From an uncultured Prevotella sp. (GTDB lineage: Bacteria > Bacteroidota > Bacteroidia > Bacteroidales > Bacteroidaceae): a stretch of 51,843 nt of DNA. Every line of letters begins with the position of its first letter. Position 1 is the stretch's first letter. This document shows positions 51,304-51,843 of this stretch, piece after piece. The stretch covers positions 1 through 51,843 of the forward strand of contig CAAFRM010000366.1 of NCBI GenBank assembly GCA_900765465.1. Direction: 5' to 3'. The notes under the pieces are model-generated. The model had not been told where the DNA came from. It did not search any database and saw only the letters and a program-made list of their open reading frames with translations. A program made the translations under genes and the position numbers.

Positions 51304-51337
51304 CCCCAATCTTATGTCCCCGCACATAAGGTTGGGG
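51304..51337 (+). terminator. Hairpin terminator after the amidase
   Basis: CCCCAATCTTATGT...ACATAAGGTTGGGG 14-bp stem with one G.U pair. Confidence 0.7.
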
Positions 51338-51705
51338 CTTTGTCGTATAATTCCCACAGATTTAATCTATGAGAGCCTCCTACCCAAGTAAACAAATAAA
51401 AACTTAAATTCCTCTCTTAAGCTAGACGACCTAAGCCCGCCTTGGGAAGAAGGTGGAGTTCCCTTCAAAAATTATGTAAATACATTAATAAATAGTGATT
51501 TTTGTTAATCTTGATTAAACTTACCCCAAAATCAAGTTGAATATTTGCAACATATAAATATTTGTATTATCTTGCAGTGGATAATCAAAAAAGTTGTATC
51601 AGTCTAAGATACAGAGTCCTCGGAATTAAAAATGTGTTTGCAATGCAATATTTTTGCATTTTCGGCGTTTATTATTATGTAGAGAACAATTAAAATTTAA
51701 AAAGA

Positions 51706-51843
51706 ATGATGAATATAAATTTTTTCAGAATGCTGCTCATGACATTCCTCGCCATGGCAGGACTGGCTGCTTGTAGCGATGATGATGAGCCTAAAGATTC
51801 AGTCAAAGAAATCAGGATGCTGGTGTCGGCAGAAACAGGCGTG
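51706..51843 (+). CDS. Lipoprotein, N-terminal part only (possibly DUF4377 family)
   Basis: MMNINFFRMLLMTFLAMAGLAAC-SDDDEP lipobox; frame stays open to the window end. Confidence 0.65.
   Translation, partial: MMNINFFRMLLMTFLAMAGLAACSDDDEPKDSVKEIRMLVSAETGV

Noticed and set aside
46602..51337. Intact prophage or ICE
   Set aside because: No integrase, terminase, capsid, tail, relaxase or tra genes, and no att repeats seen in the window

Overview
Bacteroidota chromosomal segment. Gene content and TAnnTTTG promoters suggest Prevotellaceae, Segatella/Prevotella copri-like (inference). Most of 6.2-42 kb is housekeeping and carbohydrate genes: fucO, a GH2 beta-galactosidase, tRNA-Arg(TCT), dnaN-exonuclease-coaBC-PorD-recN-TPR pseudoprotease, DUF3127, MFS-nudC-5'-nucleotidase, a DnaJ-type protein, GH25, NhaC, uxaA/LacI/kdgK/eda, a DUF5112/5113-type double-sensor kinase with its response regulator, and GH27. 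Two accessory zones flank this core. Left (2.2-6.1 kb, after a Wzi-like gene): a decaying SDR/flavodoxin/AraC/SnoaL cassette between two apparently truncated genes, one a HU-like remnant that keeps a structured 5' leader. Right (42-51.8 kb): an RND pump without TolC, then an integrase-free, capsid-free module. It comprises an XRE-like gene divergent from a VirE-type primase-helicase, a ~145-bp palindrome, 4x22-bp iterons, DUF4248, a 5x10-bp array, a HU-like protein, a structured spacer, a 32-aa smalltalk peptide and a T7-lysozyme-like amidase. This apparent replication-origin plus lysis module is the most interesting item. All family assignments come from motif recognition, not database searches.
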